Source of the DNA: Monocercomonoides exilis PA203
Lineage: Eukaryota > Protista > Preaxostyla
Length of the DNA stretch: 64,000 bases
NCBI GenBank assembly: GCA_001643675.2
Contig: LSRY02000007.1
Coordinates: forward strand, 868,001-932,000
Reading direction: 5' to 3'
Part shown: positions 30,172 to 44,187 of the stretch, piece after piece
How the letters are laid out: each line of letters opens with the position of its first letter
Numbering within the stretch: position 1 is the stretch's first letter
The notes under the pieces: generated by a model
The model's database searches: none
The model's input: only the letters and a program-made list of their open reading frames with translations
What the model was told of the DNA's origin: nothing
Translations under genes and position numbers: made by a program

Positions 30172-33100
30172 ATGAATATGAAGGAAAAGGAGGGAGCATG
30201 GAGCGATGCAGCTGCTTTTTCACGTGTTTCTTGGCGAACAATTACTTATATTCTTTTAAGAAACTATTTAGAAAATGAGACTAATTCCCTTTGTACGCAA
30301 GTGCCATACAAAAGAAACTGGCTTCAGTTGGACGTTTGTTAGATTTTTAATGTACTAAAAATACATATTTTGATTTTCACAAGCCAATTCTTTTGATAAC
30401 AAACGTGATTCATAATTGCATAACTGAGGGCATTCTTCTTCGGAGATTTACTCAATATGGTCTTGACACAAAAAAGCTTTTGCTCTTGAAGATGCAGTTT
30501 TGTTTTCAAATGAAGTATTATTGCCTCAAGGCTCTTCTTGAGAATTGTTTGCTCTCTTATAAAAAAAATAATTTTGTTCAATTATCATTTTTGATCTTGT
30601 TTAGACAAGCAAAAAGGATGGACAGTTACTCGAGTTACACTGATGGAAATGCGAGCGATATCATTTCAAGAAAATATTGTTGCTGAATCTGCTTCAAAGA
30701 TACAAATTAATTTGCCGGAATTACAAGATCGTGCAAAAAAGAAAGCGTTATCATCATCAAATTACATTCAAAAGTATTCATTGCTTAATTCTCTATCATT
30801 TCATTAAATTCTATTGCTTCTATTGCAGCACTTTTAGTTTTATAAGTCAAAAGAGGGTTTTTGTTGAATTATCAAAAACCCCGACAGAGCAAAAGCTTAT
30901 GATTTCAAATTTGTGTCATTCACTTTTAATGTTTCAATTATACTCTCCTGTTCATGTTGGCTATGATGTGTTTGCTGCTCATTTGAAGCCTCTCAATCCG
31001 TCCCCATCTGATATTGTCTTGGAGAGCTTCATTTGCAAGACTACACCATATTCGTTCTGGAAGACAGCGAGTAATATTTCATTCCCCAAAGTCAATGTTT
31101 GTAGAAGTAAAGTCAGATTGTTTCTGACTCAACACACTGGATTTGCACCTTGGATCAACAAACTGCACTTCCTCAAAGAAGATGAAATGAATATCGTTAT
31201 TGACACTTTCAAAGATAGTTCTTTGATAATAATATTTATCCCCAATAACCGTGAAACATATATTAACCTCGATCCAATAGATTTCAGTTGCGTGCTTGTT
31301 CCAAGCTCATTACAATCAAAAGCTCAAATATCCAGGATTTTTTCACAGGAACATCAAAGCCAGTTTTATTCTGCTTCACAGCAAGCAGAAGATTCACATG
31401 GTTCAAATGATCAAAGAGGAAGTTGCATATGTGCATCTCAGCATATGCCCAATGTCAAGCCACACATCTGGATTGAAATTACTGGTGTTCATTTGCTGAA
31501 GGAAAAGACATTTAATGCAAAAAACTGCACTACCAGTAATGTTGGGGAAACTGCTCATTTCCAAATGAATGAAAAGGAGAAAGAAATTGAAAGAGAAATA
31601 AAAGCGAGAACAGAATTTAAGTCAGAAATTGAAACAGGGAAATTCAACCGCGACTCATCCCAGTACGAAAAGACAACATTACCGAATGAAGTTTGCCAAG
31701 AAGCAAGTATAGAAAAAGAGCAAATGATGCATTTTGCAAGAAACGCCTCGAAAGCCCGTGAAAACACAGAAAAAGATGCCTCCCCCACTCAAAACCAGGC
31801 AAAAGAGGAAGATTCCAGTCGGAATCTGAACACAGAGCCTTCACACAAACACTTAGCGACACGCCTATTGACCTCAGACCCTATCAGAGCTGTGCACTTA
31901 CCTTCGGAAAGGTCACAGTCGCTGCATCACAACTATCTTTCTTCTTCTTCTGACTCCATTGCTTTGCCTTCTCTGTCTCCTCTGACTCCTCTGGCTCCTC
32001 TTCCTCCGCCTCCTCCTCAGCCTTCACATCCTTCACACCCTTCACAGTCTTTACAACCTTTACAACCTTTACAACCTTCTCCCTTCCCTCGGGCACTCCC
32101 TTCCGCACAGCCTTCTCAGCCTCCCCTTCCTTTGCTCTCCTCTGCTCCTCTGCTCAGCCAACCGGCCTATGCTTCTTCTGGGATCCAGTCCCATCTGCAC
32201 CCAGCTCGCCAGCTAGTTCCGAATGCTCCTGGATCTCGTTCTTCTGCTATTTCATCCTCATCTTCCATTTCTTCTTCAACTTCTTCTTCTTTATCATCTT
32301 CTTCTTCTCTTTCTCCTCAAAAGGAATCCGACAAGCCCCCCGTAGCCTCTGCATCCAGTCCCTTCCAGCATTCCCTACAGCCTCCCCAGCCCCTTCAGCC
32401 CATTCAGTCCCTTCAGCCCCATCTGATTCTGCCCCGCAGATCGCACTCTGCAGACTTCGATGTTGTCCCTCTGTCCGTTCGTGTCTCCAGCCCTCGTCAT
32501 TCATTTTCGGCACCTCCTCTGCCTAGTCTCTGCAAAAGTGCCAGTAAATATGTTCTCCCTCACCTTCCTCCCCAAAATTGTTCATGTATTTTCCCTCACT
32601 CACACCCACAGACACAGCGCTTCACTTATATGCATGCACAATTACTTACACATTCTACTCCTCCTCCAACTACTACTACTACTTCTTCTTCTCATCTTGC
32701 GAGTTCTGTCTCTAACTCTGCTTATGCTTCTACCTCTGCCTCTTCTTCTTCTTCTTCTTCTTCTTCTTCTTCTTCTTCTTCTTCTTCTTCTTCTTCTTCT
32801 TCTTCTTCTTCTTCTTCATTTACAAATACAACTTCTGCAACTGCATCTTCATTTCGCACATCTTCATTTGCCTCGCCTGCATCACACGGAGAATCCCACC
32901 ACTCAATCAATGCTCGTAACTCATCCTTCTCCTCCTCCTCTTCTTCTTCTTCTCGTTCACCTTCACTTCTACAAACCAAAGGAACCAAAGCCAACATTTT
33001 CTCAGAAATTCCATCAACTATGACACCTGTACAGCAAAGGCAACAGATGGCTTCAACAGAATTATCGGTGCTTCACTCACATTCATTGCATCAACCTCTT

Positions 33101-36100
33101 TCTCAATCACTTCCTCTTCCTCCACCCCCTCCTCCTCCTCCTCCAACTTCTCCTTTGTCAAACGTTCTTCGGATTTTGCCGCCTCCTCCGCCTTCTTCGC
33201 CTTCTATTCCTGTTTCTATTCCATTTTCTATTCTTAATTCCAATCACCTTCCTCCACCACCACCTCCTCCACCCCCATCTCTATCACAGATGCCTTCTTC
33301 TTCTTCTTCTACTACTACTGCCAATACTAATATCAATACTAATGCTGTTGCTAGTACTGGTAGTGGTACTGGAAGTCGCTCTGATCCCTCTCAGTTTATT
33401 CCTTTACGCTCACAGCCTCTTCTTCCTGCTATTTCATCATCATCATCATCATCTTCTTCTTCTTCTTCTGTTACAACTACATCTGCTTCCTCCTCTTCCT
33501 CTACCTCTTCTTCCTCCTCCTCTTCTTCTTCCTCTGCCTCAATCTCCAATCACCCCCATCCTCCTCGCTCTTCCTCCTCTTCTCCCCTGTCCATGCTCCA
33601 CACCGACTCCACAGCCATTTCTGGTTCAGGCCGCTCTTCTGATGCTTCTCTGATGCCTCATGGATCCACTTATGCCTTCTTCGAAAGCGCCAACAGCGCA
33701 GACAACAGCTCAAACAATAGCCCTCTCTCCCTCAAGTCTGCCGGCGGCTCTTGCCATTCGTGCAATCTGAGCAATCTGAGCAACTTGAGCAATTCGTGTG
33801 GAATGGGGAGATCTCGTGTTTCACATAGAATGCATCGATCACCCAGCAGTTTCTCATCACCCTCTCAGCATTCACAACGTTCACAGCGTTCACAGCGTTC
33901 ACAGCCTTCTCGAAATTCTCGTGTTTCTCCTTTTCTTCCAGCAGTCACACGCAACAACACCACACTAACCATTCCATACGACCGCCCTCAAAGACGAAGC
34001 TGCTCTCCACAGAGCAGCCGAGAATCAAGAAATTCATTACATTCCACTCGGACCTATTCGCATTTCCGGTCGCTTTCTTGTTCACATTCAGAGAAGCTGA
34101 CAAGATCACTGGGTTCTTCTGCTTCTGTTGCTTCTGCTGTCTCTGCTGGTGCTGCTGTGCCGATGGCTTCTTCTGCCTCCTCCTCTTCCTCTTCCTCTTC
34201 TTCCTCTTCCTCCTCCTCGTCTTCATCCTCCTCTTCGTCATCCTCCTCCTCCTCTTCTTCTTCTTCCTCCTCCTCCTCTTCTTCTTCTGCCCCTGCCCCT
34301 GTCTCTGCCCCTACCTCTGCCTCTGCCTCTTGTTCTTCCCCAAAGAATCACTCAACCCATCCTTTATCTGACTCGTCCTCTCTCACATCCTCTCCAACCT
34401 CTTCTCATTCAACCACCACTCCCATCACCTCCTCTTCCTCTTCTGCTTCTGTCTCTGCCTCAGGAACAGTCTCAGTCTCAGCCACCGCTTCTGCCTCTGC
34501 CTCTGCTTCCGGCTCCGCCTCAGCTTCTGCTTCTGCTTCTGCTTCAGGTTCTGCCTCAGGCTCTGGTTCAGGCACAGGTTCAGGGTCAGGGTCAGGCTCA
34601 GCATCGACATCTCCATTCACTTCTGACTCAACCTCAAAGACTGCTGTTCCGCCTTCTTCGGCTTCGACTTCTGAGACTTCTGCTTCTGCCTCTTCTTCTT
34701 CTTCTACTTCTCCTGCTGTTATCTCTTCTTCCTCTTCTGCTACTAATTGTACTTCTTCTTCTGCTCCTACTACCTCCTCCTCCTCCTCCTCCTCCTCCTC
34801 CTCTTCCACCTCTTCTTCTTCCTCTTCAAAGCGCAAATCTCGCACTGCCTCTTCCACAGCCTATTCTTCCGTGTCTCCGCCGGCAACCACGCCTTCACAT
34901 TCAACAGCTACAACTGTCTCTGATCCTTCTTCTTCACCTTCTTCTTCTGCTGCTACTACTACTTCCTCTTCCTCCTCTTCCAGTTCTGTCATTCTTGGTT
35001 CTTCTATCAAGTGCTTACCAGGATCTTCCTCATCCTCATCATCATCTTCTTCCTCCTCCTCCTCTTCTTCTTCTTCTTCTCTTCAGGCGTCTTCTGTTTC
35101 CTTGAACCAGAAGATTGAGCGAGGCAGTCCTTATTCGGTGTTTTCTCCACACAGCTCTTATTATCTGCATACCCCACCTCAGACAACTTCACTATCAGCA
35201 CATCAAAACTACGGTATGTATGTTAACTCAAATGCATCAACATTAGAATTCACCTCTCCACATTCTTCTTCTTCCTCCTCCTCTTCCTCCTCATCTACTC
35301 CTCTCTCATCTTCCTCTTCCTCTTCTTCTAACTTGATCCCACCATCATCTGCATCTTCATCTCTCCATGCTTTGTTTACAACCCAGCCATATCCCCAATC
35401 AAATACAATCCAGAATTCCCTGCCCCAATCATTTTCTCGTCCCCATCCTCACACTCACTCTCAACCTCACCCTCATCCTTATCCCAATCCTCATTCTCTT
35501 GCACATTATCATTCTCAAACACCACCACAGCCATCTTATACACAGCCCCCACAGCTTCTTCAGCACACCTCTCTTCTCCAGGTCTCTTTGGTTCCTCCTT
35601 CTCCACCCTTTCCACCCTTTCCTCCTTCTCCTCCTTCTCCTTCTTTGCGCCATCAGAATTCTTTTCCTCTTCCTCTTCCTCTTCCTCTTCAGCACGACTC
35701 GTCGTCGTTCTCGTTGTTTGCCTTGCGCAGTTCTTCGTCTGGCTCCCCTTCATCCCACGCCACAACTGCTGATTCTGCTGTTAGCTCAAACAGAGTGAAT
35801 GAAATAATAAGAGAAATAACTCGTGTTCCATTGGTGTTGTCAAGTAATAATAATAGTAATAATAATAATAATAACTTTGTTGTTCCATCAGAATTTGAAA
35901 AAGAAAAGTTGTTTTCAAATGAAAGTGAAAGTGAAAGAAAGAATGTTGCAAACAGCAGATCAGAATTTGAAGTGTATCACAGTCAGCAAATGAGCATGTT
36001 AGCAGAGCAAGACCAATTAGAAGTTCATCAAAGAAATGGCAATAATAATAATGTTGTTGGTAATATTTATGATAGTAGAAATAAAAGTGGTAAAAATCAT

Positions 36101-39006
36101 AAAGAGTCAGCCTTGTCATTGGACAGGCAAGAAGTGTCAAACAATACTCAAAAAGATGTTTCAATAGACCGAAATAAAAATATTGCTAATAATAACTCCA
36201 AAAACAGATATGTCAATTTGATGTCAGATGAAAGTGATGCTGTTGTCAATAGCCAGAGAGAACTGTGCAAAGGAACACAAAATGCCGAAGGACTGTTGAG
36301 GTTGTGTGGAAATGCTGAAGGTGAAAGCAAAGTGCCTCGCTTAGCTGTGAGGAGGCATTCGTTCTGCACACTGAGTGATTCGTGCCCGTATTCGTATTTT
36401 ATAACCAGCGATGAAGAAGAGAAGAGCAGACAAGACAAAGACTCGTTCAGCTTGAATGATGTGAAAATCGCCAACACAGAAAGATTCTGTTGTTGTGATG
36501 GAAACGAAGAAGAAAGTCTCACTGGAAAACGGGAAAGGCAATTTGTGTCGTCTTCATCAAACGTGTTGAATTCTTCTTCAATGCCGCATTCACCTTCTTC
36601 CTCTTCCTCTTCCTCTTCCTCTTCCTCTTCCTCTTCCAATTCTTTCTCACACACTCCTTCAACGCCCTTCGGCAACCACCCTTTTATGTTTAGTAGAGCT
36701 TTAAACCAGAAAAAGCGCATGTGCTATCCTTATTTGTCTCATACACCGTCGCAGCCTGCTGTCAGCACACAGAGCCTGCCCCGCACCACGCCCCGCCTGC
36801 ATCCAGATGCGACCCCGTTCCAGCCCTCCACACACCCCCACCTCCATCTTCACCTCCATCTTCATTCGGGATCCCATTCACCGCTCCAGCACCAGTCGTA
36901 TTCGGTGTCGCCCCCGCTGTCGCCGTCTAAGTTGCAATCGCAGTTACAGTTTCAGTCTCAACCTCAATCTCAGTTTCAATCTCAGTTTCAGTCACAATCG
37001 CAATCGCAACCACAAACACAATCGCAAACACAATTGCTCGCTTCTGCCGGTTCCCATTCATCTCCGAGCCCACCTGCTCATCTTCATCCACACTCTCACT
37101 CTCATTCTCCTTCTTCTCATTCTCATTCTCACTCTCACTCTCATTCCCATTCTCATGCGCATTCTCACTCACAACCTCACTCACACACTCACCCACACCC
37201 ACATTCTCATGCTCATGCTCATGCTCATACACACTCCAATATCGAGCCACTCTCTCCCACACACTCCCAGATGCTTATACAGCCACACTCTCACACACAA
37301 TCACACTTATATTCACACACTCACTCACACACACTTTCACAATCACCTTCACAATCACCCTCACTTACACAATCACCAACACGCCCACACCCACACTCAC
37401 AACCACACTCACAATCACAATCACAGCCGTCTTCACGGCCAGGCCCGCATTCAAGCGAAGTCACACAGGAGCATCCTTTGCCAGTCTCACGCGAAGTAGG
37501 CAGCTCACCCGGAATTAACAGCGTTGAGACCAGCCGAGCAAAGCTTGCACCGCCTTCTCCTCCTTATTTTACAAAGAATAACTTCTATTATCCTTCCTCT
37601 TCTTCCTCTTCTTCCTCTTCTTCCTCATCATCATCGTCAGTATCGTCGTCATCATCGACTTCTTCTTCTTCTTTTTATCCTTCTTATCCTTCATCTTCAA
37701 CTCCTTCTACAATTGCTGTTTCTTCTTCTTCTCCCTCTTCTTCTTTCCCATCATCATCAACATCCTCTTCCTCTTCTTCTTCCTCTCTAGTTTTATCTTC
37801 TTCTTCTTCTTTTTCAGCAAGACCTTCTGTTTCTGTCATTTTGAACCCTTCAAACAGCCCCTCTTGCTCCTCTGCCTCTTCCTCTCCTGCCTTGTCCCAC
37901 TCCAGTTCTGTTTCGCACCTTCCATTGTACCCGACACCTCCGAAGCAAGCTTACCCTCTTTACAGAGTCGAATTTTCTTCTACTTCTGTTGCCTCTCCAA
38001 ACCAGCGGAGGAAAATCAACTCGTCGCCTCAGTACCCTCCGACAAATTCGTCCCCATCTTCGCATGATTACGCTTATTCCCCTGTTGGTTCTTCCACAAT
38101 CAGATCTTCTTCATTCTCTTCCTCTTCATCCTCTTCCTCTTCATCATCATCTTCTTCTTCTTCTGCTTCCTCTTCCTCTACTTCTTCTGCTTCTGCTTTG
38201 AATGTATCTTTGTCTACTGCATCTCCATCGTCAACAACATCTGCTGCTGTTGCCACGTCTTCTCTGACTGCTGCCAGAAACAAGTTGTATTCTCCCCCTT
38301 CCTCTCTCCGTTCACTTTCTGAGTCAAACCTCTCAAACGAAGCTAACTCCTTTTATCATTCCTCTTCTCCTTTGCCTTCTCCTTCTCCTTCCTCTTCTTC
38401 CTCTTCTGTCTCTGTCTCGCCTATGAATCAGCTTACTCCTCTTCCTTTTCCTTCTTCTGCTTCTTCTGCTTCTTCTGCTTCTCCTGCTTCTCCTTCTGCT
38501 TTTGTCCATTTCCCTTACACCTCTCCTCTGAATCAGTCACAGATCCCTGCCAGCCCTGTTAATTATCCTCCTTCTTCAAGCAAGCCTTCTTCAGTGCACC
38601 TGCAATCTTCATCGTCAAATGCTCCTTCTTCTTCTTCTTCTTCCTCTTCTTCCTTTACTTCCTCTTCCTCTTCTCCTTCCTCTTCTTCCCCTTCTCACTT
38701 GACGCTTTCAACACATTCTGCTGCTGCTTCAAACAGAGTGACATCTGCTCCTCCTCCCAGACACCATTCTCTTTCTTCTCAATCTCCCTCCTCTTCCCGT
38801 TCTTCTTCTTCTTCTTCTCTCATCATCTCCTCTTCTCCTTCTCCTTCTCCTCATTCATCATCATCTTCTTCTTCTTCTTCTTCTTCCTCCTCCTCCTCCT
38901 CTTCTTCTTCTTCCTCATTAGCAGCAACAGTTGTCCATTCAGAAAGCACCCCTTCTGTCTTCCCTCAGAACAGCGTCGAACTTTCAGCACGATTCGAGCC
39001 TGCTTA

Positions 39007-39038
<32 letters not shown>

Positions 39039-42000
39039 CTCATCTGTGGCCTCCTCCTATCACAGCTACTACAACTGTGATTGCTCCTTCCCCTTCTCCT
39101 GCTCCTGCCCCTGCCCCTGCCCCTGCTTTTGTCGCTTCTTCTCCTTCGACTGGTTCTCTTTCTCATCCTCAAATGAACTATTCGATTTCTCCTCCTTCAA
39201 CTTCTGCTTCCTCATCTGCTTCCTCATCTGCTTCCTCAATCCCATCTTCTTCCTCCTCCTCTTCTTCTTCTTCATCTTCTTTTCATTATCCCCGATCCAC
39301 CAATCCATCTCCTGCGTCCTACACTTCTCATGCCCCTGTTCATCTTCCTACCTCTTCTTCTTCCTCATTGTCTGCCCTCTCTTTGCCTGATGTCCCTTCC
39401 TCTGCTCGTTCCATTCCTTCTAATTCGCCCACCCCTTCTCCTTCTGCCTCGTCAAACAAGATTTCCTTCACTGCGCAATCTTCTTCTTCCTATCTGCATT
39501 CATCCACCCTCACCTCCCTCTCTTCTTCTCTTTCCACCTCCCTCTCCTCTTCTCCCTCAGACTCTCTTCCTCTTTCTCTTCCTCTTCCTCCCCAGACCAC
39601 AAACTCTTCAGAGGCCAAGCTGACCCCACTCATTTATTATGCTCAGCACAGCCAGAAGCTGTCTGCTTCGTCTGCCAATGCGCTTCTGCCTATGCCAGAC
39701 GAAGAAAACATTCCGCAGAACGCAGACGAAGTGGCTGATGAAGATGCGGAGGATGGAGAAGAGAAGGAGAAGGGAAAGGGAGAAAAGGAAGAAGAAGAGG
39801 GGAAGGAGGAGGAAGAGGAGGAAGGAGAGGAGGTAAAAAAGGAAGAAGAAGAAAATGGAAAGTGCAAAGGAGAAGAGGAGGAGGAAGATAAAGGCAAAGA
39901 CAAAGACAAAAGAGAAGATGAAGGTATAGAAAACGAGAAAGATAAAGAAAAGAAAGTGGAAGAAGAAGAAGAAGGAGAAGGAAAAGAGGATGAAGATTCT
40001 ATTTCTCATTCGCCTCTGTTGGATCTTCCTTATCGTGTGCGTGTGCTTCCAGGTGTTGTGCACTCTCAACAGCCTGCCTTTTTCTATTCTCCTTCGATTT
40101 CATCATCATCATCATCATCTTCTTCTTCTTCCTCAACTACTACAACGGCAAATACTACTACTACTACTTCTACTTCTACTTCTACTTCTACTTCTACTAC
40201 TGCTACTGCTACTGCTTCTTCTGACTCTTCTGCTTCTTCTGCTTCTTCTGCTTCTTCTGACTCTTCTGCTTCTTCTGCTTCTTCTGCTTCTACAACAACT
40301 GCTTCTACTATTCCAACTTCTTCTTCTTCTTCATCCTCATCCTCTTCTTCATCCTCTTCTTCATCCTCTTCTTCATCCTCTTCTTCATCCTCTTCTTCAT
40401 CCTCTTCAGCTTCTTCCCCTTCTCCCACCACCTCTTCTTCTTCTTCTTCTTCTTCTTCTTCTTCTTCTTCTTCTTCTTCTTCTTCTTCTTCTTCTTCCTC
40501 TTCCTCTTCCTCTTCCTCTTCCTCCTCCTCTCCACCCCAAGAATTGCCAGAAGACGATAATTCTCTTCCTGAATACTCACACACCCAGCGCAGTTATTCT
40601 GCAGCCAAAGTCGAGTCCACCGACTATCCTGCTGTCAAGACAGACCCTCTCATCGCCACTGCTCCTTCTTTCCCGACAGCCCCTTTGAATCTGCCTTCAG
40701 TGACACTCCACGACACGAACGAAGCAGGCAAGCATTTTGACAAGAGAACAGAGACACACAAAGAGAGATATGTGTTGAATCAACAACAGCAGCAACAGCA
40801 GCAATCACAACAACAGATATGGAAATCTCAGAAATCACAAAGTTCTCATCCTCCCTTCAATCACACCCAGGGAAATAAAAGCGACTCATATCGCTACCAG
40901 GCAAATGAGCGCACTGTTTATTCGAACTACACCCAAGCTGCTCCTTCCACACCTGCTTCGTCTTCTCCTTCATTTGTGTACACTCACAGACAGCCTCAGC
41001 CAGACCCGCAGCCGCTGGAGCCTGGGCAATTCACCTCGATGGTGATGTCAGAGACTTCTTCTTTGACATATTCTCCTTCTCCTTCTTCCTCCTCGTCCTC
41101 TTCTTCCAGTTCTTCTGCTGCCCATCCGTCTTTATCTTCTCCACACAATTTACATTCCTCTTCGTCTTCGTCTTCCTTGTCTACTCCATCTTCTCTTCTA
41201 TCAACTATTTCTTCTTCTTCTTCCTCTTCTTCTTCTTCTTCTTATTCCCATTCCCATTCCCACTCTCACTCTCACTCTCACTCTCCTCCACGGCCTTCTT
41301 CTTCATCCTATCAAAACCAGTCTAATCTGTGCTTGTCCTACTCTTCCCTTGCCCCTGCTCAATATCCTTTCCCTCCTATTCCTGTTTCCTCCATTCCTGC
41401 TTCTTCTTCTGCTGCTCCTTATGTTTCCTCTGTTTCTTCATCTGTTTCTTCTAATTCTTCTATTTCATCTTCTCTTCCACTCCCTGGCCCCGTTCCCATC
41501 TCCTCCTCTGGCTCTCCCTCTTACCCTTATTCCTCCTCCTCCTCTTCTTCTTCTTCTTCCTCTTCCTCCTCCTCCTCCTCTTTCATCCTATCCGAAGCAG
41601 ACAACATGACTTCTTCTGTATACGACTCCACTGGCTCTGAGGAACCCAGACAAAGCAGAAGCAGCGATTCTCGGTGGCGGCCTGGCAGTTTGAACCAGAT
41701 GCACAGCATCAGCCCCCGCAGTGAGAACACAACTTACTCGCTTTTCCAGAACACCATTGCGCCTTCGTCGTCGTATTCACTCAGACTCGCTGAGTTTGCT
41801 GATCCACCACTCCCATTTTCGCCGGTGAGCCAGTCGATTTACCAGAAAAGTCAGTTCCAAAGCGCAGATTCTTCAGTCACTCCATCTTCTTCTGCTTCTT
41901 CTGCTTCTTCTTCCGCTTCTGCTTCTGTTTCGTCTGGTTCTTCATACCTCCGCTCGTATCCTTCTCCTTATCTTTCCCCAAACAGGCCCAGATCCTCTTC

Positions 42001-43120
42001 TTCCACATCTACTTCCTCCTCCTCTTCCACCTCTTTTTCATTAGATTCCTATCATCCTCAGAGTGTTTCTCCATTCAATTCCTATCCACACAACTTGCCC
42101 TACGTTTCTGGCTCTCAGCGCTCCTCTCTCTCTGATTATCCGATTTCTTCCATTCCTTCTGTTCCTTCTGTTCCTTCATCATCATCTTCTTCCTCCTCCT
42201 CCTCCTCCTCCTCATCTTCATCTTCTTCTTCTTCTTTCTCTTCTTCTGTTCCACCTATCCCTGTGCTGCCATCCACCGATCTTCAGTCTCTTCTGCCCAC
42301 TCCCAAATCGCCAATGAATGTGCAGCACCCATCAGCACTGGCAACTACACTACGCTTCAATGCATATACTCCTTATGTACAGGAGAGCTATGGACATGAC
42401 TTCCCTTCAGATGCTCCTTCATCGTCGATGGAGAATTCTTCATCTTCTTCTTTTTCTGCCTCTGCTTTGCCTGCTTCTTCTTCTTCTTCCTTTTCTTCTT
42501 CCTCTTCATCATCTTCCTCTTCTGTTCGTTCCTCAATTGACCATTTTCCTCCTCTCCCTCTTCTCCCAACTGATTCTCCTTCTCCTTCTGACTCGCTGTT
42601 GCCTTCTCCTGTCTCTTCAGCACGCCCACATCTTGCTCGTTCCTCAAGCACTTCTTCTTCTTCTTCTTCTTCATTTTCTTCTTCTTCTTCTTCTTCTTCT
42701 TCTTCTTCTTCCTCCTCCTCCTCCTCCTCCTCCTCTTACAGTTCATCATCAGCTACTTCTCAAGCGCCTGCAGTTCAGCCAAGCTTGCCATTGCCCTCAT
42801 CCACCTTACAATCTGGACGTAGCTCTGCTTATGTTGTGGCTGCTCCTGAATATGTGCAAACAGAACATTTGTATACTCCAATGCAATCTTATTCTTCTTC
42901 TTTCTCTTCTTCCTCTTCTTTCTCTTCTTCCTCTTCTTCCTCTTCTTCCTCCTCCTCCTCCTCCTCATCATCATCATCATCCAATATATCTTCTTCTTCC
43001 TCCTCCTCTTCTTATAATTCTAATTCTAATTCTAATTCTTCTGTTAATTATGTTCCAACCGTCTATCCTCGAACAAATCCTTCGACTTCGCAGAATGCGC
43101 TACTGCCTGATCCAAATTGA
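30172..43120 (+). CDS. ~4200-aa Ser/Pro/His-rich low-complexity protein with RRM-like N-terminus. Proposed exons 30172-30223, 30272-30333, 30384-30459, 30605-30746, 30829-43120
   Basis: 12.3-kb uninterrupted frame. The proposed 5' exons give ILLITNV..TEGILLRRFTQY..VTRVTLM..AISFQE..KRVFVELSK..KLMISNL, an RRM-like pattern. The 5' exon model is less certain than the long exon. Confidence 0.7.
32741..32816 (+). repeat. (TCT)n microsatellite encoding poly-Ser; one of many in this gene (e.g. ~40432-40497, ~42652-42710)
   Basis: Direct tandem TCT repeats in the coding frame. Confidence 0.9.
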
Positions 43121-44187
43121 ATTCGTTAATGTAGTTTTCCTTTCTCTTTTTATTTTATTTTATTTTTTTTTTTTTTTTTATACTTTTTTGTGTTTTCTTC
43201 TATTAAAATTTTATTTAGAATACTGCTCTATTCTATTCGCTCAAATTATTCACTAGAATATATTTTTTTTATTAGTCTTATGATTTTTTTTTAATATTTT
43301 TAATTTTATTTATTAAATTTTTTGACTTATTATTAACCTTTTTTTGTTAAGATTTCGTCTTCTACATAATGAATTTTCAACTGTTTTTGATTGGGGAGGG
43401 AAAAAAGTATTTATAACTTTTTAGTAGCTTTCTCTTAATTTCAGTATTCTTAAATGAGAGTATATTCAGAAATATAAGTCTCATATTCATTATTATCAAA
43501 TTCGTTGTATATTTATTTATGTTTGAAGTATTAGTGATTCATCGTCTATATAACTATTCGATGATGAGTATATGCTTTATAAAAAATTTTTATCTTTTTA
43601 TACTTTTTTTCAATTTTTATTTTTATTTTTCATTTTTTGATGTTTTCCTTTCGTCAATTTACTGTATTGTTTTCGTTGATTTTTTCCTTTTAAAGAGCAG
43701 TTTGTCTTCACGGAAACAGTGTATGCTTTGACAATTGCTACGGCTTTAATTATTGTGATGTAAGAGCTTAGTCGTCATTTGCTTCATTCTTTCCACCTTC
43801 GTTCTTTTGATCTTTGTTGATCGCATGTTTCTGGTGTCTTGCCGCGTCATCCCCACCGCTTTTTGCAGAGGCCAAGATGTGCTCACAACACATTAATGGA
43901 TTCGATTTTTCACTTTTTCGTTCTTTTTTATTTTATTTTTATTTTTATTTTTTGGTGATTGTATTTCTCTGTTTTTACAGTTTTCAGTGCAATTTTTTTT
44001 TTAACATGATTAGTGTGCTGAGAAATGAAGTGAAATGAGAATTTTAGGAAGACAATCATTCAGTTAGGAGTAATCGGAACAAAAATATGAGGAGAGGCAA
44101 ATAAAAAAAAAGAAAGAAAGAAAGAACTTTTAAGCAAAACGAAACAAAAATTCCACGTTGCACGATTTAAAAAAAGAAAAACCTTTT

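Noticed and set aside
30677-30828. ORF-track start of the 4147-aa protein
   Set aside because: Non-ATG start running through a probable intron (30747-30828); an upstream spliced model fits better.
32460-43256. Many poly-Leu, poly-Glu and poly-Arg/Lys ORFs overlapping the long genes (also at 6.2-13.6 kb)
   Set aside because: Shadow frames of TCT/GAA microsatellites, which lack stop codons in most frames.
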